Counted from the stretch's first letter, positions 12,508 through 36,500 are shown. The stretch is DNA of 64,000 nucleotides from Balanoglossus misakiensis (GCA_040954595.2 CM082579.2:3957227-4021226); one strand, 5' to 3'. The notes: generated by a model from the letters alone, not told the origin. A program made the numbers and translations.

Positions 12508-13896
12508 ATGTACAAGCCGTCTACTCAGCAGATTCCGGCGAATTCGAAGAGACGATGTCAACGTAACGTCTTTTTGGTGATCATTGGGTTGGCGCTCTTC
12601 ACGCTTTTCATAACCTTCCTATTCAACCAAACGATGCCCGAATACTGGATCAAGAGCGTCTATGACGCGGGAAGCGAAAGCGCACTCCATTCGTCAGAAA
12701 TGATGGGTCGGGACGGGGTGTTCAACGTGACATCCAAATGCGACGATTTGCTTCGCAGAGAATATACATACCGCCGACTTAAGGCCATCAATACAGAATT
12801 GAAACAGCGTTTACCAACAGACAACGACTTTATCAGTTTGGCTCATAACTGCACCGTATTCCGCGAACATAGAGGTTACAACGACAAGCCAGCAACTGAA
12901 ATGGAACTGAATTCTCCACTGGCCTTTTCGATCTCCGCGTTCAAGTCAACGTTTCAGCTCGAGCAGCTTCTGAGGACGATTTACCGACCGTGGAATCTCT
13001 ACTGCATTCACACTGACCGACGGTCCACGGAGGAATTTCGCCAGTCCTTGCAGCAAATAGCACGGTGTTTCGACAACGTTTTCGTTTCCGCCGAATCGAC
13101 GGCGGTCGTCTGGGCGTCAATATACGTTTTGGAGGCCGAGAGGCTCTGTCAACGAGAACTGTTGAAACGAAGCCGAAAGTGGAAATACTACATCAACTTG
13201 ACGGGGCAGGAGTTCCCACTGAAGACAAACATGGAAATGGTCGAGATTCTGCGAGAATTTCGGCTCACCAATGATATCATGGCGTATCGCTCGGACGACG
13301 GTACCCAACCGAACAAACACCGGCAAAAATGGAGATATCGAGTCTCTGCAAAAGAGGGAATAAGCATCTCGAATCAGAAAAAGACAGACGTGATACCGGG
13401 AAATATCAAAATCTACAAAGGCGAGCTGCATGCCGCGTTGACGAGGGATTTCGTGAAATTCCTGCACGGTGACCCAACGGCGGTGGCGTACTACAGGTGG
13501 TTGAACGACACATTCTCTCCGGACGAACACTACTACCAGTCTCTAAGTTTGCTGCCATACGCTCCCGGCTCGTCCAACAAGCTCGCCGAGAGCAAATACA
13601 CCATGAGTCGGGCCAAAATCTGGGAATCGGGAAACTTGAACAGGGAATGCAGGTCGAGGAATTTCGTTCACACCATTTGCATCTTTGGAAGCTTTGACCT
13701 GCCGTGGCTTTTAGCCCAGCCGCATCTCTTCGCTAATAAGTTTTACGGAGATGACGACCCACTTGTACTGGGGTGCCTCCAAAAAGAAATAGATCGCAGG
13801 ACATTTCAGCCCATCAAACTGAATGGCAAATTCTATCGTAGGTTTGCTGATACGAGAACATGGGACGAGACCGGAGGCGTCAAGTGGATATTGTAG
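12508..13896 (+). CDS. Beta-1,6-N-acetylglucosaminyltransferase, GT14 core-2/I-branching (GCNT-like), single coding exon, 462 aa
   Basis: Type II membrane topology (basic N-terminus, TM VFLVIIGLALFTLFITFLF). GT14 motifs: PLAFSI, LLRTIYRPWNLYCIHTD, CFDNVF, WKYYINLTGQEFPLKTN, TFSPDEHYY, ICIFG..DL.WL...HLFANKF. Confidence 0.93.
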   Translation: MYKPSTQQIPANSKRRCQRNVFLVIIGLALFTLFITFLFNQTMPEYWIKSVYDAGSESALHSSEMMGRDGVFNVTSKCDDLLRREYTYRRLKAINTELKQRLPTDNDFISLAHNCTVFREHRGYNDKPATEMELNSPLAFSISAFKSTFQLEQLLRTIYRPWNLYCIHTDRRSTEEFRQSLQQIARCFDNVFVSAESTAVVWASIYVLEAERLCQRELLKRSRKWKYYINLTGQEFPLKTNMEMVEILREFRLTNDIMAYRSDDGTQPNKHRQKWRYRVSAKEGISISNQKKTDVIPGNIKIYKGELHAALTRDFVKFLHGDPTAVAYYRWLNDTFSPDEHYYQSLSLLPYAPGSSNKLAESKYTMSRAKIWESGNLNRECRSRNFVHTICIFGSFDLPWLLAQPHLFANKFYGDDDPLVLGCLQKEIDRRTFQPIKLNGKFYRRFADTRTWDETGGVKWIL

Positions 13897-14605
13897 ATTA
13901 GCAATCTGCACAATTATCTGATATTATCCTTGAAATATTTCTTACTTGATCATCTGCATTATCTACCTATCTTTGTTTCCCAATTTTATATTTTATCAAA
14001 TAAATGAATCCACCATTTAAACTCGTGTACATGATATTATTCGCACCAAAGAGGGAGAAATTTAGGATCTCCCATAAAATGAACCCTGCTTGCGCTGTCC
14101 TTGCGTATAGGACAGCGCCACCAGTGGCAGACAGTGCTAATGCACAATCTTATTATTAAAAGAAGCAGATACGAAAATATTAACACGAATTTATTCTAAA
14201 ACGGGTGAAATAAGTTTGGAAAACATGATTTATTACAAGTATATTTAATTATTGTTATGATCACATGAAATATAGATTTTATGATGTGCCTATGATCGTT
14301 TGTCTACTAGACATCCATATTTCCGAACTGACAAGTTGAAAATGTTGCACTTTGTATGACCTAAACAAGTCAAGATGGCTACGGATTAGGGATACATGAG
14401 TACGGCAGTCGAAATCGACGGTTTAACCTCTCACTGTGTGTTCATTTTGAAGCCGATTGGATCTTTTATTGGAGGTAACATTCGTGACCATCTGTACATG
14501 GTAATCTGACAGATCGGAGCTGCGTGCAGCTTCGCGATCGCGGGTATGTCGTTGTTGTAGCGGTGGCATTGTGACTTCGAAGATTTCAGTAAACAATAAC
14601 ACAGG

Positions 14606-25500
<10,895 letters not shown>

Positions 25501-26709
25501 TTCACTGGACACTTGGAATTTTTGACCAGATCAACCGTAGGACCTTTGCTTGGACCCTTTGGACGCTAGTAGTTCAAAATTAGCGATTGAAAGAAATAAC
25601 AGTTATTGTGAAAGCTGTGTACTGATGGATTTCAGTAGTCAGCAGTAGACTTTATACCACCTGCATTGGCCAGTGGTAATCTGTCAATGATACGTGGCTT
25701 GTATAGCTTTTACATAAATATGAGGGGTTTGGAAATGCTCAATGAGTATTTCTGCGGTACATTCGTCAATAAATGAGAAGAATATCTTATTGTTAAATTG
25801 GTTTGTGTTCAGTGTCTTTATTATGGAAAATATTGATAATGTGTAGTATGATAATGAATGCTTACTTGCCATGATCGGGCATTACCCATGTCCTGCACTG
25901 TTTCCAAAGATCAAATTATCAAAGGATAGATATATTCTAACGTGATATGATATTTTTATCTCCATTTTCCACATTTCTGCGACTCCAAGTTGTACATTTA
26001 CATTAGTATGCTTCGCTAGACCCCTGTCAATAGGAACGGTTCGGTTACTATCTAGGCCTACTGACAAATTAGCAAAACTGTTCGCTGCCATCTCGTGACT
26101 TAAATTATTTAAAAGAAGAAAATCATGTGCACTAATGAAAATTACTCTCCAGAGCGCCCATCGATGGCGGTGCGCTTAATATTAAACGACGAAACAACTG
26201 TGACATCCAATTTACACGCATTTCCGACTTCCCGCAAATCCGGCAATGCTATCGCTCTTATTGTCTCTAATTTAAATATGCCCATATTTGGCTAAATTTG
26301 TATTGGAGACCGTTTATACCTTTAAATGTAACGTTGCTGAGGCTTCTGAACGGGCTTTCGGGAAATTAATATTTTGGCATGTCGCTTCCGTTTTTGGGTA
26401 CGCAAAATAACTAAGCTTTGTGTGATCACGCAACACTTTGTAGGTAAGATTATAGCTAGTAGAAATTAGGACGTTTAGTACATAGAAAGTTAAGTGGAGT
26501 TACTAAAAGAAAGTACAACAATTGTTAAAAGAGGCATGATGAAGAAAATGTATTGCAACCAGTGCAGTGCCTAATAAATCTATGCGATGGTGCCGATATT
26601 CATGCAGGTTTGGGCAACGCCGGGAGAAGTCTTGAGTAACGCGTTAGGAAAATACTTGCGTAGAAAATGAACCGCAAGCAGCATAAATGATGAAGTGATT
26701 GCTGTTATC

Positions 26710-27747
26710 TCATGCGTGTGTTGTACGAGTTCCCTGTTCTCCAGAATCTTGCGTCCTGCTCACTTGAGTTCCTTCGTTGCTGACTTTGTTGCCCCTGCAG
26801 AAGAAGATGGACACCACGCCACTTCGAAAGGGTCTGCTCCAGACGGCGTAGACGAACGGGTTGAGGCATGAGTTGCAGCCGGCCAAAATACGGGTGAAGT
26901 TGTAAAAAGTGCGGCTGTAGTTGTTGAAGCCGAAGTTGTCGAAGAGGAAGAGGAACTGGTTGGGACCCCAGCAGATGGCAAATGCCAGGCAGACGACCAG
27001 GAACATCTTGACCACCTTCTTCCTAGCTCGCACAGTCGTGGCTTTCCCGCCGCCCGATTCCGAAGCGTTGGTGCCGATCTTGATTTCGTTCTGCCGGAAG
27101 GCGACCAACATTCTCCCGTAGGCTGCGAGTAGTGCGACGATGGGGATGAAGTAGGTGGAGAAGAACAGGCCGACGCCCACGAAGGTTTGGTAGCTCTCTC
27201 CGAACGGCCACTGGTACTTGCAGTTCTGTCGCTCGGCGCTGTAAGAGTTGTTGTAGACGCAGAAACTCTGCATGATGAAGGCCAACACCCAGACGGCGGC
27301 GATCACCAGCCAGGCGGACACCTTCGACTTGCGGGCGTTGTAGCCGATCGGGTGGACAATCGCGAAGTACCGCTCGACGGTTATCGCCAGCAGGCTGTAC
27401 GTGGAGGCGACGAAACTGACCCAAAGAACGGTGGCCTTCACTGTCCGGCAGTAGATCTCTCCCGCGACGCCGGGCGGAATCGGGAACATTCCCCTGAGAG
27501 TTCGAGGGATCAAGAACACGCACGAGACGAAATCGGCCACTGCCAGACAAGCGGTCAGTTTGTAGGTGAATTTCGACCGGAGGGTCGGTGTGCCGAGCAT
27601 GACAACGATCACGACGAAGTTGCTAATGATGCCGATGACGGCGATGATGACTTCCGTTGTCTGCACGTACGTCCACTCCGGACCGCCTCCGGCCAGACTG
27701 CTGGAGGGCGGAGGAGATGTAGTGTTAGTGGCGTTGGACACGTTCAT
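26710..27747 (-). CDS. Orphan rhodopsin-like (class A) GPCR, galanin/allatostatin-A-receptor-like lineage-expanded type, intronless, 345 aa
   Basis: N-glycosylated N-terminus and 7 TM segments. Motifs: SN in TM1, LAVAD in TM2, ERYFAIVHP, CWGPNQ in TM6, NSCLNPFVY in TM7, and a C-terminal Cys. Confidence 0.93.
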   Translation of the reverse strand: MNVSNATNTTSPPPSSSLAGGGPEWTYVQTTEVIIAVIGIISNFVVIVVMLGTPTLRSKFTYKLTACLAVADFVSCVFLIPRTLRGMFPIPPGVAGEIYCRTVKATVLWVSFVASTYSLLAITVERYFAIVHPIGYNARKSKVSAWLVIAAVWVLAFIMQSFCVYNNSYSAERQNCKYQWPFGESYQTFVGVGLFFSTYFIPIVALLAAYGRMLVAFRQNEIKIGTNASESGGGKATTVRARKKVVKMFLVVCLAFAICWGPNQFLFLFDNFGFNNYSRTFYNFTRILAGCNSCLNPFVYAVWSRPFRSGVVSIFFCRGNKVSNEGTQVSRTQDSGEQGTRTTHA

Positions 27748-27822
27748 CGCTTAGAAAATGTTCGCCGCTCTGCATCGGAGAAGTGCGATATAACAAAGAT
27801 TTGTGCAGAGCCCGAATCTTCC

Positions 27823-27832
27823 CTTTTATATA
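27823..27832 (-). promoter_or_regulatory. TATA box of GPCR 26710-27747
   Basis: TATATAAAAG on the minus strand ~80 nt upstream of the ATG. Confidence 0.55.
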
Positions 27833-29613
27833 GAACCCTACATCAGCTACGTTGTATGCTGTTTCCATGACGATACCTTCCATCTTAATAAAGCTACGTC
27901 GCTACTAATGAACACTCAAGTTGTACAAAAGACATCCTTGAACTTTCACAGGGGCTGAGGTGCAATTTCTTGTCACCGCAGTGCCATTAATAACTCCTGC
28001 AATCATCGTAGCGATCGACCATTAATAGTTAAAGACCACGCATTTCATCTAAATTTACAATCTCGCCCTAATTGTATGCTTCTGCATTGGTAGACACCGG
28101 AACTCAATGATGAGCCAAGTAACGTGTGATGATCGCTTAAAGCAACACTCGTCCAGGAAACATTATTACTCGCACTAACAACAGTTAAGCCAACAAAACG
28201 TACAAGAATCTGTAACAATGCTGTTTCATAGGAAGCTTGATGATCGCCAGCGGGCACAGCGTGTGTCGATTGATTCGCGTCGCATTATTGAGTCATTATT
28301 ATCAGACGTGAAGTTTTCACTATTCCAATAACAAGTTAAGTTTTCAGAATCATACTTATAAAGTTATTCTGACAGATAGACAGACAGACAGACAGAGAGG
28401 GGAGGGTAGGGAGACTTCAAAAAGACCGATATATCATTAAAACCAGCCTCGAAAGAGATAGGTGAGACGAAAGAGCTCGTCTTTGACAGAATTTACACTT
28501 CATGGCAAGTTCATATTGGCCTTTAGAGAACTGGGAGAAAAGAGGTGCATTGATTGGCGGCAAAAAACACACACACTGATGGCAACCAAAATATAATTAC
28601 TTCCAATCTGGGATAAGGGTGTGTTCCTAGTGCGACGTTGCCAGGAAATCGAAATTCTGTCTAATTGGACACGTCAACCACTGATCCCTGCTTTCAAGGT
28701 CTACTGTGATGAATTGGCCTGCTCTAAACACCTTTTCTGCCAGATAAAGTTATTGAAAACGTTCAACTTAAAAGCGCCCCTCTTCATCCCTTGTCCTCGC
28801 ACTAGTGGGTGTGCAAATTGCCCATTAAAGCTTCGCCATCGTTTTGTACCGCATTGAAACTTCTATTTTAGAAAAGTACATGTAATCAACTCCTTGGTAA
28901 ATCCGATCGGAATATGCCTCCAGGAGACAGTGATAATATTTGCGATGAGTTTAACACTTAAAAAAAAACTTTTAAAAAGTGAAGCTATATGGTTTGGACG
29001 TATCATTCCCTATGTAATTGAAAGTCTGTACTATACAGATACCAAACGAATGACTGATTTTGTGTGAGTTTTTTTCCTTTCAAAGGACCAAGTGTTTTTG
29101 TCTTTATAGGCTTATGTGGCAAGTGAGTCGAGATATTGTTAATTTCCTGTCAGGTTTTGCGTGCGCGGGCGTGTCATGGGTGACATAGCTCGAATATCAT
29201 ACTCGAATATCACACGAAATCTTTCTAACGTGTCGCAAAAAGTAAAACATTTTATGCGCTGTGTACATCAGCAAAGTGATTATTTTTGCTGTACTGAATG
29301 TCGTTCGGTGGGGGTTTAAACTGACGATGACGTGTGCAGTCTGTTTGCTTCAGTGATTGTGAATTAGAAGTGAAAGCGAGCCTAATATAAGATCCATCAA
29401 AAAAGGCCGATTGGCCATTAAACTCCCAGTAATGAAAGTAAATATATCCGAAAGAGTAATCAACGGGAACTGGTTTATTAGTAGCGATAGTGAATTGCTC
29501 TGTGAGCTAAAACACGTTCGTTTTCAAGCTCAAGGAAAATGAATGAAAGAAACGGATGAGCAAATCGATAGCTAAACACACCACAGTGGGGTGTGCGTGT
29601 GTCTAGTGTTGGG

Positions 29614-29627
29614 GTTGCTATGGTAAC
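29614..29627. promoter_or_regulatory. RFX X-box
   Basis: GTTGCTATGGTAAC, a near-consensus palindrome. Confidence 0.45.
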
Positions 29628-30333
29628 CGGGATACTACCTAAACTTAGCATTGCAACTACATTGTTGACAATTGTAATATGAATTTCTATCATGGGAGAA
29701 GGGGGGGGACACAGTCTTGGATGTTGCGCGTGCGTTGAAGAGTGCCTTCTTTTCATGACCCCCCCCCCCCCTTCTGAGGCGCCCCAAACTCCCATTCTAT
29801 TATCTTGCCATCATTACCCACGAAATACATCTATCACCCCTTTAAAATGACATATTGGTCACTATTACTGTTATTGTAAAATGTGAAGGTGCGATAAGTG
29901 GCTAGTGATAAGTAGCAAACGGTAAATGGTAAGTGGTCTGGCGGTAGAGTTGTGTGAGTCGGAGCGTGGAGTGGATGGTCAAATTGGTACAGTCCCAGAA
30001 GCGTACGTCCTATGAAGGAAGTGCATAGACCTCTCAGGCCCTGGTTTTCCTGATTCTGCAATGTCGATTAAATGCAAAATGGGAAGAAAGCCATTCACGA
30101 CAGATGCATCCCCGTTTAAGGATCCGCCATTGCAGTTTTGTGCGATGCATATGTTTTTGTAGCGGAACGTGACCGCAGTGAAAAAAAAACACACAAAACA
30201 AAGTTGCCACTGATTTACCTCCTCTCATGTCTAACTCTATGACTGCAAGATCTGCTCTGTTTTGTTTTGTTTCCAGATTGTCGTCTCGGAGAGATAAAAC
30301 ACTGCGCATGCACATTTCGGCTGCACACTCTCG

Positions 30334-30347
30334 GTTACCGTGGTAAC
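30334..30347. promoter_or_regulatory. RFX X-box
   Basis: GTTACCGTGGTAAC palindrome, with an NRF1-like TGCGCATGCA at ~30303. Confidence 0.4.
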
Positions 30348-30719
30348 ATCATACGGAATCCCTGCGTGTATGGGGTAAGGAGATAGCGAGTTTTTTGTCT
30401 GTCGTCACGTAACAGAGTCGATGACACAGTCACGATGGAACTTGAACAATCGGGAGTTGTCATCCCTCTATCTTGACGCGTGGTGAAAAGGCCAGGCAAT
30501 GTTTCTTACTTCAGTCTTCAAATAATCTATGCCACGGTACTAGACTGCACTTCGTGTACAAAAGCCGAGAAACCATGTTTTTAATCTCCCCTTTCTTGCC
30601 AAATGTAAGACTGTGAGTTGCCGTGTCCCAATTTCATGAAAATCATCAATGTTAACGTTAAACACGGGTGTTAGGGGCAATTTTAAAATTCAAGTATCGT
30701 AATTTGAAAAAAAAAATAT

Positions 30720-31401
30720 TGTTACGACACGCTGGCCGTTCAGTTCCGAAACAGGGCAGTGAGCAAATAGACTTACTGAATGGCTCGCTTTGGTGAACCA
30801 ACCAGCGCAGCACGCAACAAAGACGGTCAACAATAGGCACACAACACGTTATTTCCTTGCTTATGGAAACTTTTAATTACTACAACTAAACATTGGTAAA
30901 TATAGATGACTGTACACTGAGAAAAAAAAACAGTAAAATAAATGACTACCTTAAATGTGACCGGGTGTGGGAAATGAAAAACTAAAGTCCAAGCTTCCGT
31001 AGCGCACGACGAACCACGGCAGTCCCAACAGCGACGTTCAGTCCGAGTAGCGTTCTGGCACAATTCCCCGGTAGACGGCACGGCTTTCGGACGAATTTCT
31101 CATGGTAGCACGGCTTCTGGGCGCGGTTTCCAGACCAGGACAACATGAAACAACACGGCTTCTGGGCGCGGTTTCCAGACCAGTGTATCAGGAAATAAGG
31201 CACAGCTTCCAAGCCGGCGAGGAACAGAACAGCTCACACGGGCAAGTCCAAATTAGTAGCTACGCCGCAACACAACGTGCGGGCTTTTCATATGGGGAAA
31301 ATAATGAATGCACCACACCTGGTCACGCAAATATTCAAATTACGAAAGTAAGCGAAAACACACCTGGTCACAAAACAACAGCAAACTTCTCCTACGTAAC
31401 A
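30720..31401 (-). mobile_element. Solo LTR (682 bp) of an LTR retrotransposon, probably Ty3/Gypsy
   Basis: Termini TGTTACG...CGTAACA (7-bp inverted, TG...CA) flanked by a 4-bp duplication ATAT (30716-30719 and 31402-31405). Internal 30-bp direct repeat at 31109-31138 and 31154-31183. Minus-strand TATGAAAAG at ~31290 and ATTAAA at ~30875 suggest minus orientation. Confidence 0.8.
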
Positions 31402-33104
31402 ATATTCATTATAATGTTATCTTATTGATTGATTGATTGTACGCGTTCTCGTTGGTTTACACTTCTATACCTGGTGGTTTTCGGATAACTTGCCAGCCGA
31501 AAACCGTGAGGTTTGGAAATGCAAATCTACGAGAACGTGTGTTCTTGCACTTTCAGGTTTGAGATGATAGCTCAGTGTTTAAAACCACATCACTGCATTC
31601 AGGTTGTACTATTCGAGAGATCCGACTGGCGTTCGTCGGCAAGGCCAGTCTTGCTTTTACATTTGTACGTCTTCCCGTGAGCTCTTGGGGGCAGCATACT
31701 GATTTTGTTGTCTTACAACAAAAAAACACCACACATGCAGCAGGAAAACTACTCGGAGATTTTAAATCCAATGGAATGTCGCCTCCAACGACTTACTTTC
31801 GAATTTTGATGAAGCACGTCCAACGTTTTAGATTCTTCACGTTTTCCACTGTTTCCGATTCGAAAATTTCTGAGTGAAACGGAGTCACGTGGTGTGACTT
31901 TTCCCCTCAAAACGTCGCAACACTGGTTTATCCGCCTAATTCTGCTTCTTGTGCACGTAGCTTGTTCCAGAACTGCGGCCGTTGCGGAAAATAACATGCT
32001 GAGGCGGGTTATTGTTTTACAGAGTGTGTTCTCAAGCGAAGCGTTTACCTGCCCCCCCCTCTTCCCCCATGCACATCGCTGATATGATCACAATAAAACA
32101 CAGCTAACATTCACCACTTGCTATACTGTCTTGTCACCGAAGAAATTGAAATAAACATGTCTTTCAGGAATCAATTTCTTCATGAAGTGAAACACAGAAA
32201 TGACACACTCTAACCGAAACTCAAGGTCTGTTTCTAAGATGCCGTCGGTCAGTTTATCTTTAATGACATGTCACTTCAATTCCATACAGGAATATAGTAC
32301 GTGAATCAACTTTCTGTGGATACAATACCGGGATGGTAGATATTCAGTCTTGTGGCGCCCGAGGGGGTTGTGGTTCGGCGGGAATCTATTTCCTTCGCTG
32401 ATTAAGGAATTCATGTCAATGACAAGAGCAGGGATGACGTTGGTCCTTATTGTTCAAGGTTCAAAGGGCCACTTCGCCGACATAAATTGATATTTTAACG
32501 GAAAGAGTTCACAGATAACACAGTACTTCTCCCTGTTGCTGTGGTAGGGATTGAAACTCGAAATGTATGAAACACGTACCCCCTTTCCGATTTTCATAGC
32601 CCTGAAGCGCTGCAGCTCTAGATGAAGACACTAATTCTTAAATTACGTGTCTCACAACTTTGCTATAATGCCAGAATGACATCAATTCCATATAGAAAAC
32701 ACTAGGGAGAGGGGGCGGTTTCGTTTCTCGTGTTATTCGTTTGTACATTACAACTGACTTGACAATAAAGCGGAATACCAACTTTTGTATAAATGTCAAC
32801 TAGTCAGTATCGTTTCGAATAACACTAATTGGACATTTGGTGATTGATAAAAATACGTCATTAATGGTATTTTAGACTGAACGGAAGGTCATTTCATGTG
32901 ATTTCTGGCTATTCATTCGTCCAGAAGCAAGCTGCAATTTTTTTTAAAAGACGTGACATTTCAGAAGCTTTATGGTTGCGAACTTATGTCGGTGTGGTTT
33001 TCTATAATGACTACATACAGTGTTCAGTAAGATTGCAAGCTTTTCCCGACTATTAAGACTCCCGAACAAGGATCATTGTTCGCCCGTTTAGCTAAGTACG
33101 ACTT

Positions 33105-33532
33105 GGGGGAGTGTAGACCTGCAAAGTGCGGTGTTTTTCCAGATATTCGTTAAAAGGGGGTTATTACACTATGGCACGAATCCAAAACCGCGTGTGTTTA
33201 AAGCGCTTTCCACTTATTACCACCCTGGTTTTCACTAATACTAATAGATTATTTTCTACTGAAAATGCGAATACGAATTAGGGATCGTGGTTGAAAATTT
33301 TGTTTGAGAGAGCGAACTTGCCTCAAAATTTAATTTCAAAATGGCCGCCAATGGCTGTCCGATTGAGAATATTAGCCGTGGTTATTTTTATGAAATCAAG
33401 ACGGCGAACACAATGTTCTATTCTCTGTTTTCAAAAAAGGCTCCTCACACACTGTAAAATACCAAAGAATTTAAAGGTTTCGAAAACTATCAATTTTCTG
33501 AAAATCTGTCCCCGGGGTGTGTACTACCTTAA
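33105..33532. mobile_element. Degenerate non-autonomous DNA transposon fragment (TTAA-flanked, Kolobok/piggyBac-type end)
   Basis: Right end ...ggggtgtgtactacc-TTAA and internal aaaatggccgcc. The left end is poorly defined and no second copy is in the window. Confidence 0.3.
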
Positions 33533-36500
33533 CAACTTTTATCAACAGCATGCATGATTGTGCATAATGCGCGTGCAGTCGAGCGAACCCAAGATCATCC
33601 GCCTCTGATCTGATCTGATCTGACCCAGCCATAGAAGTTGCCCGTCGACGTGAGAGAGCCGAGAGACTCAGATAAGCCCTCAGATCCGTTTTTCCTGTTC
33701 AACGTAACGACCTTGTTACCTTGACGTGATTAAACGCCAAACAAGTAAAAAAGTGGTAATATGGAGCCAAGAGGGAATTTGGGATTGGAACGCGCCTTTT
33801 GTGGCAAATGTCACAAGTGAGAGCAAAATAACGTGTTTTTGAAGGAAAATCTCATGTACCCGAAGGGGGGTCTAGTATTCATTGGATATAAAACGGGGTG
33901 AATGCATGGCTTGACTGGAAAGTACAGCAATGGGGCACACAAAGTTTAACAGGAAGTAATTATCCACAATCACGTAACAACCCTTGGTTCAGTAATATCG
34001 GCGTGGCTGTTGTTTTTTAGTTCGTTCCACAAATAAACCAAAATTCATATCACACGATGACAAATCTTGCCGACAAACTGAATTTTCTGACTCTCATTAA
34101 GGAAGACTCCGTTCAAGCTACCGTATCCTGCTCCTTTTAGCAAAATAATTGGAGGCTTATCGGCGAATATCTCGAGTCGTTAAGAGTAATGCCTCCCAAC
34201 GTTTGCCCCCGGGATGAGTGAATGTATTTACGCTCTGACAGCAGACCCATTTGTTGCGTCTTCCCCCCACCCCAAAAAAAAACATATCCATAATTCCTCG
34301 GTTGCGCTCTGCGTTCTTCCAATTAAGCCACGGTGTTCGTCTTTGCTTCTTGCGCTTCCTCTCACGGCGCTGTATCATCGGGCCTTATGGTAGATGACTA
34401 CTCACAAGTTAGAATATTGTCATTTTTCCTGAGTTTTATATATTATATTGTATATCAATGAATTGGAAGTAAAACAAATATAGAGAAAACAGGGTGTTCC
34501 CATGCTACCTTTTAGTTAGGAGGTCTCAAATACTGAGGTTTAATGACATATAAGCGTAGATCACGAGAAAGCAAGAAACTATATCAGTTGTCCCGTTAAG
34601 GGCTGGGGTTAGTCGAATAAAATACTTATGAGATGGGAAATTGAATTTCGGTTGCAGCCACGGGCACCGGCAGCATAGAAATCGATTTAAGGAGCGACAT
34701 AAATGTTTCAAGTCACAGGAGAATGAGTAACATAATCTTGATACCCACATACATGCATACATGCAGGTGTAAGCTGAATTGCCGGCCATCGGCCTCGGCT
34801 TGAGAGAAAGTTGGTCGATGTCACATTAAAAGCTCGGAAACGTGTAGGCCTAAAACAATGTCATTTCCTGCCGTGAAGGCTTTGAATGGAACTTTGATAG
34901 CATGTTATAGTGTGAAAGAAGTATTGGTCGAATTGGGGGAGGGGTGAGGTGACCGGGCGAAAGTGTGGTGTTGGGAGAATTGATTTTCTCCTAAAGTTCA
35001 TTGGGCAAATATTTAGAGTGGTCGAATAATTAGAGTGATTACGGTTCTCGGGATACACCTTTTTAAAGGGACGAATAAATGTACATCAAGGTGAGATTTC
35101 AAACCGTTTCTTTGCAACGGTACAGGATGCACGTTCAAGGAAAAAGATAAACGTCTATTTAAAAATGAGTGGATTTTTTCTTCAGCCAGCAAATGTCATG
35201 TACATGTATTCAATTGACATTTCGAGTCACACACGCACAGAGGATGTTACGAGTCACGTTGCACTCCGCTGTCACTCGGGGCTCTCTGGAAACGAGGCAA
35301 GGACACCGTAAGTCAAATGTACAAGAACGATTGTTTTAATGTGCTTTACAGCTTTTTATAATCCATTACAGACCAGATTCTCGCCATTAAAATATCACAA
35401 CATTCTCCCTGAACACGTTGCGATAATTATAACATTATATTCAATACAAACAAACAAAAGGACGATACCTACAATACATTAACACTGGCTCAACGTGCTT
35501 TGTAAGTAACATGTCGAGCGAACTAAATAACCTCCATGCAATTCTAACATTTTAAGTGAGAAACAAGCAATTTGCAAAAAAAAGTCAATGAACCTTCATA
35601 TAATTCAGGCAATCTGTATGATATCGGTGGACAGCTGATACTCACAAAGTAGTTTGAAATAGTGTTCGCTGTTTCACTTTTAGTGACTTGATTTTTCCTT
35701 AAGTGTTCCCGGTGTGAATAGTCGATGTTATATGCCTACTCACAGTCAATTTCCTGTATGAGAACACTGCCAGATATTCCTGTTAACCCCTTTCGATGGC
35801 TCTGTCACTCTATACACGATGTCCTTTCCAAACGTTTGATCCAATGAAAGATTAATTCGGCCGAAAAGGAAACGCCAAACTTGCATAAGGAACACACACA
35901 CAAAGGAAATCCACACTCCTTCAAGAACATTCTGATTGTGACGAGTGTTGATATTAGTGGCAGCATCTGGCATGCATGTTTGTATCCATTAGGAAAATTG
36001 CCACACCATCGGGCATTTCCTTACCCTTTGGCAATTGTCATTTATACGAGTGTAGTAACCGAAGGGGGAGAAAACAGTATCATGTCTACGGAGGGAAGTG
36101 TAAGTTGTTTCGTGCGTCAGATGTTATATCAGAAAGTCTTGAATATCTGTCGAAAGTATAGTTTTAAAAAACCCAGCCGTCAGAGTTATTGCGCCAAGAT
36201 TTGCATGATACAATTTGCCTGCACTTTGAAGTCCGGTTTCATCCGTGTGTGCGACGTCCTTTAAATGTCACTTCTTATTCGAATCCCATTAGGAAAATGT
36301 CGAGCATTCCGCTAATCGACACACACTATACGTATGTATTTTTTATAGTTGTCAATTAAATTGAAGTCTGGAATACAGTTCATTTATCAACAGGCTATGT
36401 ACAACTAATGTATCTTTAGTTCCTCTGGGATAGACTGAGTAGTACAAATACGGAAACGTATTGAACGACAGACCGTTACATACATGTATGTTACGGTATT

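Noticed and set aside
12285-12515. ORF with poly-Met and poly-Arg; also the HNTTQ/CCVVL ORFs at 11365-11704
   Set aside because: Translations of microsatellites.
27023-27870. 175-aa and 227-aa ORFs overlapping GPCR 1 (likewise 38593-39231 over GPCR 2)
   Set aside because: Alternative-frame or antisense shadows caused by high GC3 codon usage.
31109-31183. 30-bp direct repeat with a 15-bp spacer, superficially CRISPR-like
   Set aside because: Only two units, eukaryotic context, no cas genes, and it lies inside the solo LTR.
32540-32562. tRNA T-loop-like motif (also ~7820)
   Set aside because: No cloverleaf or A-box; at most a SINE relic.
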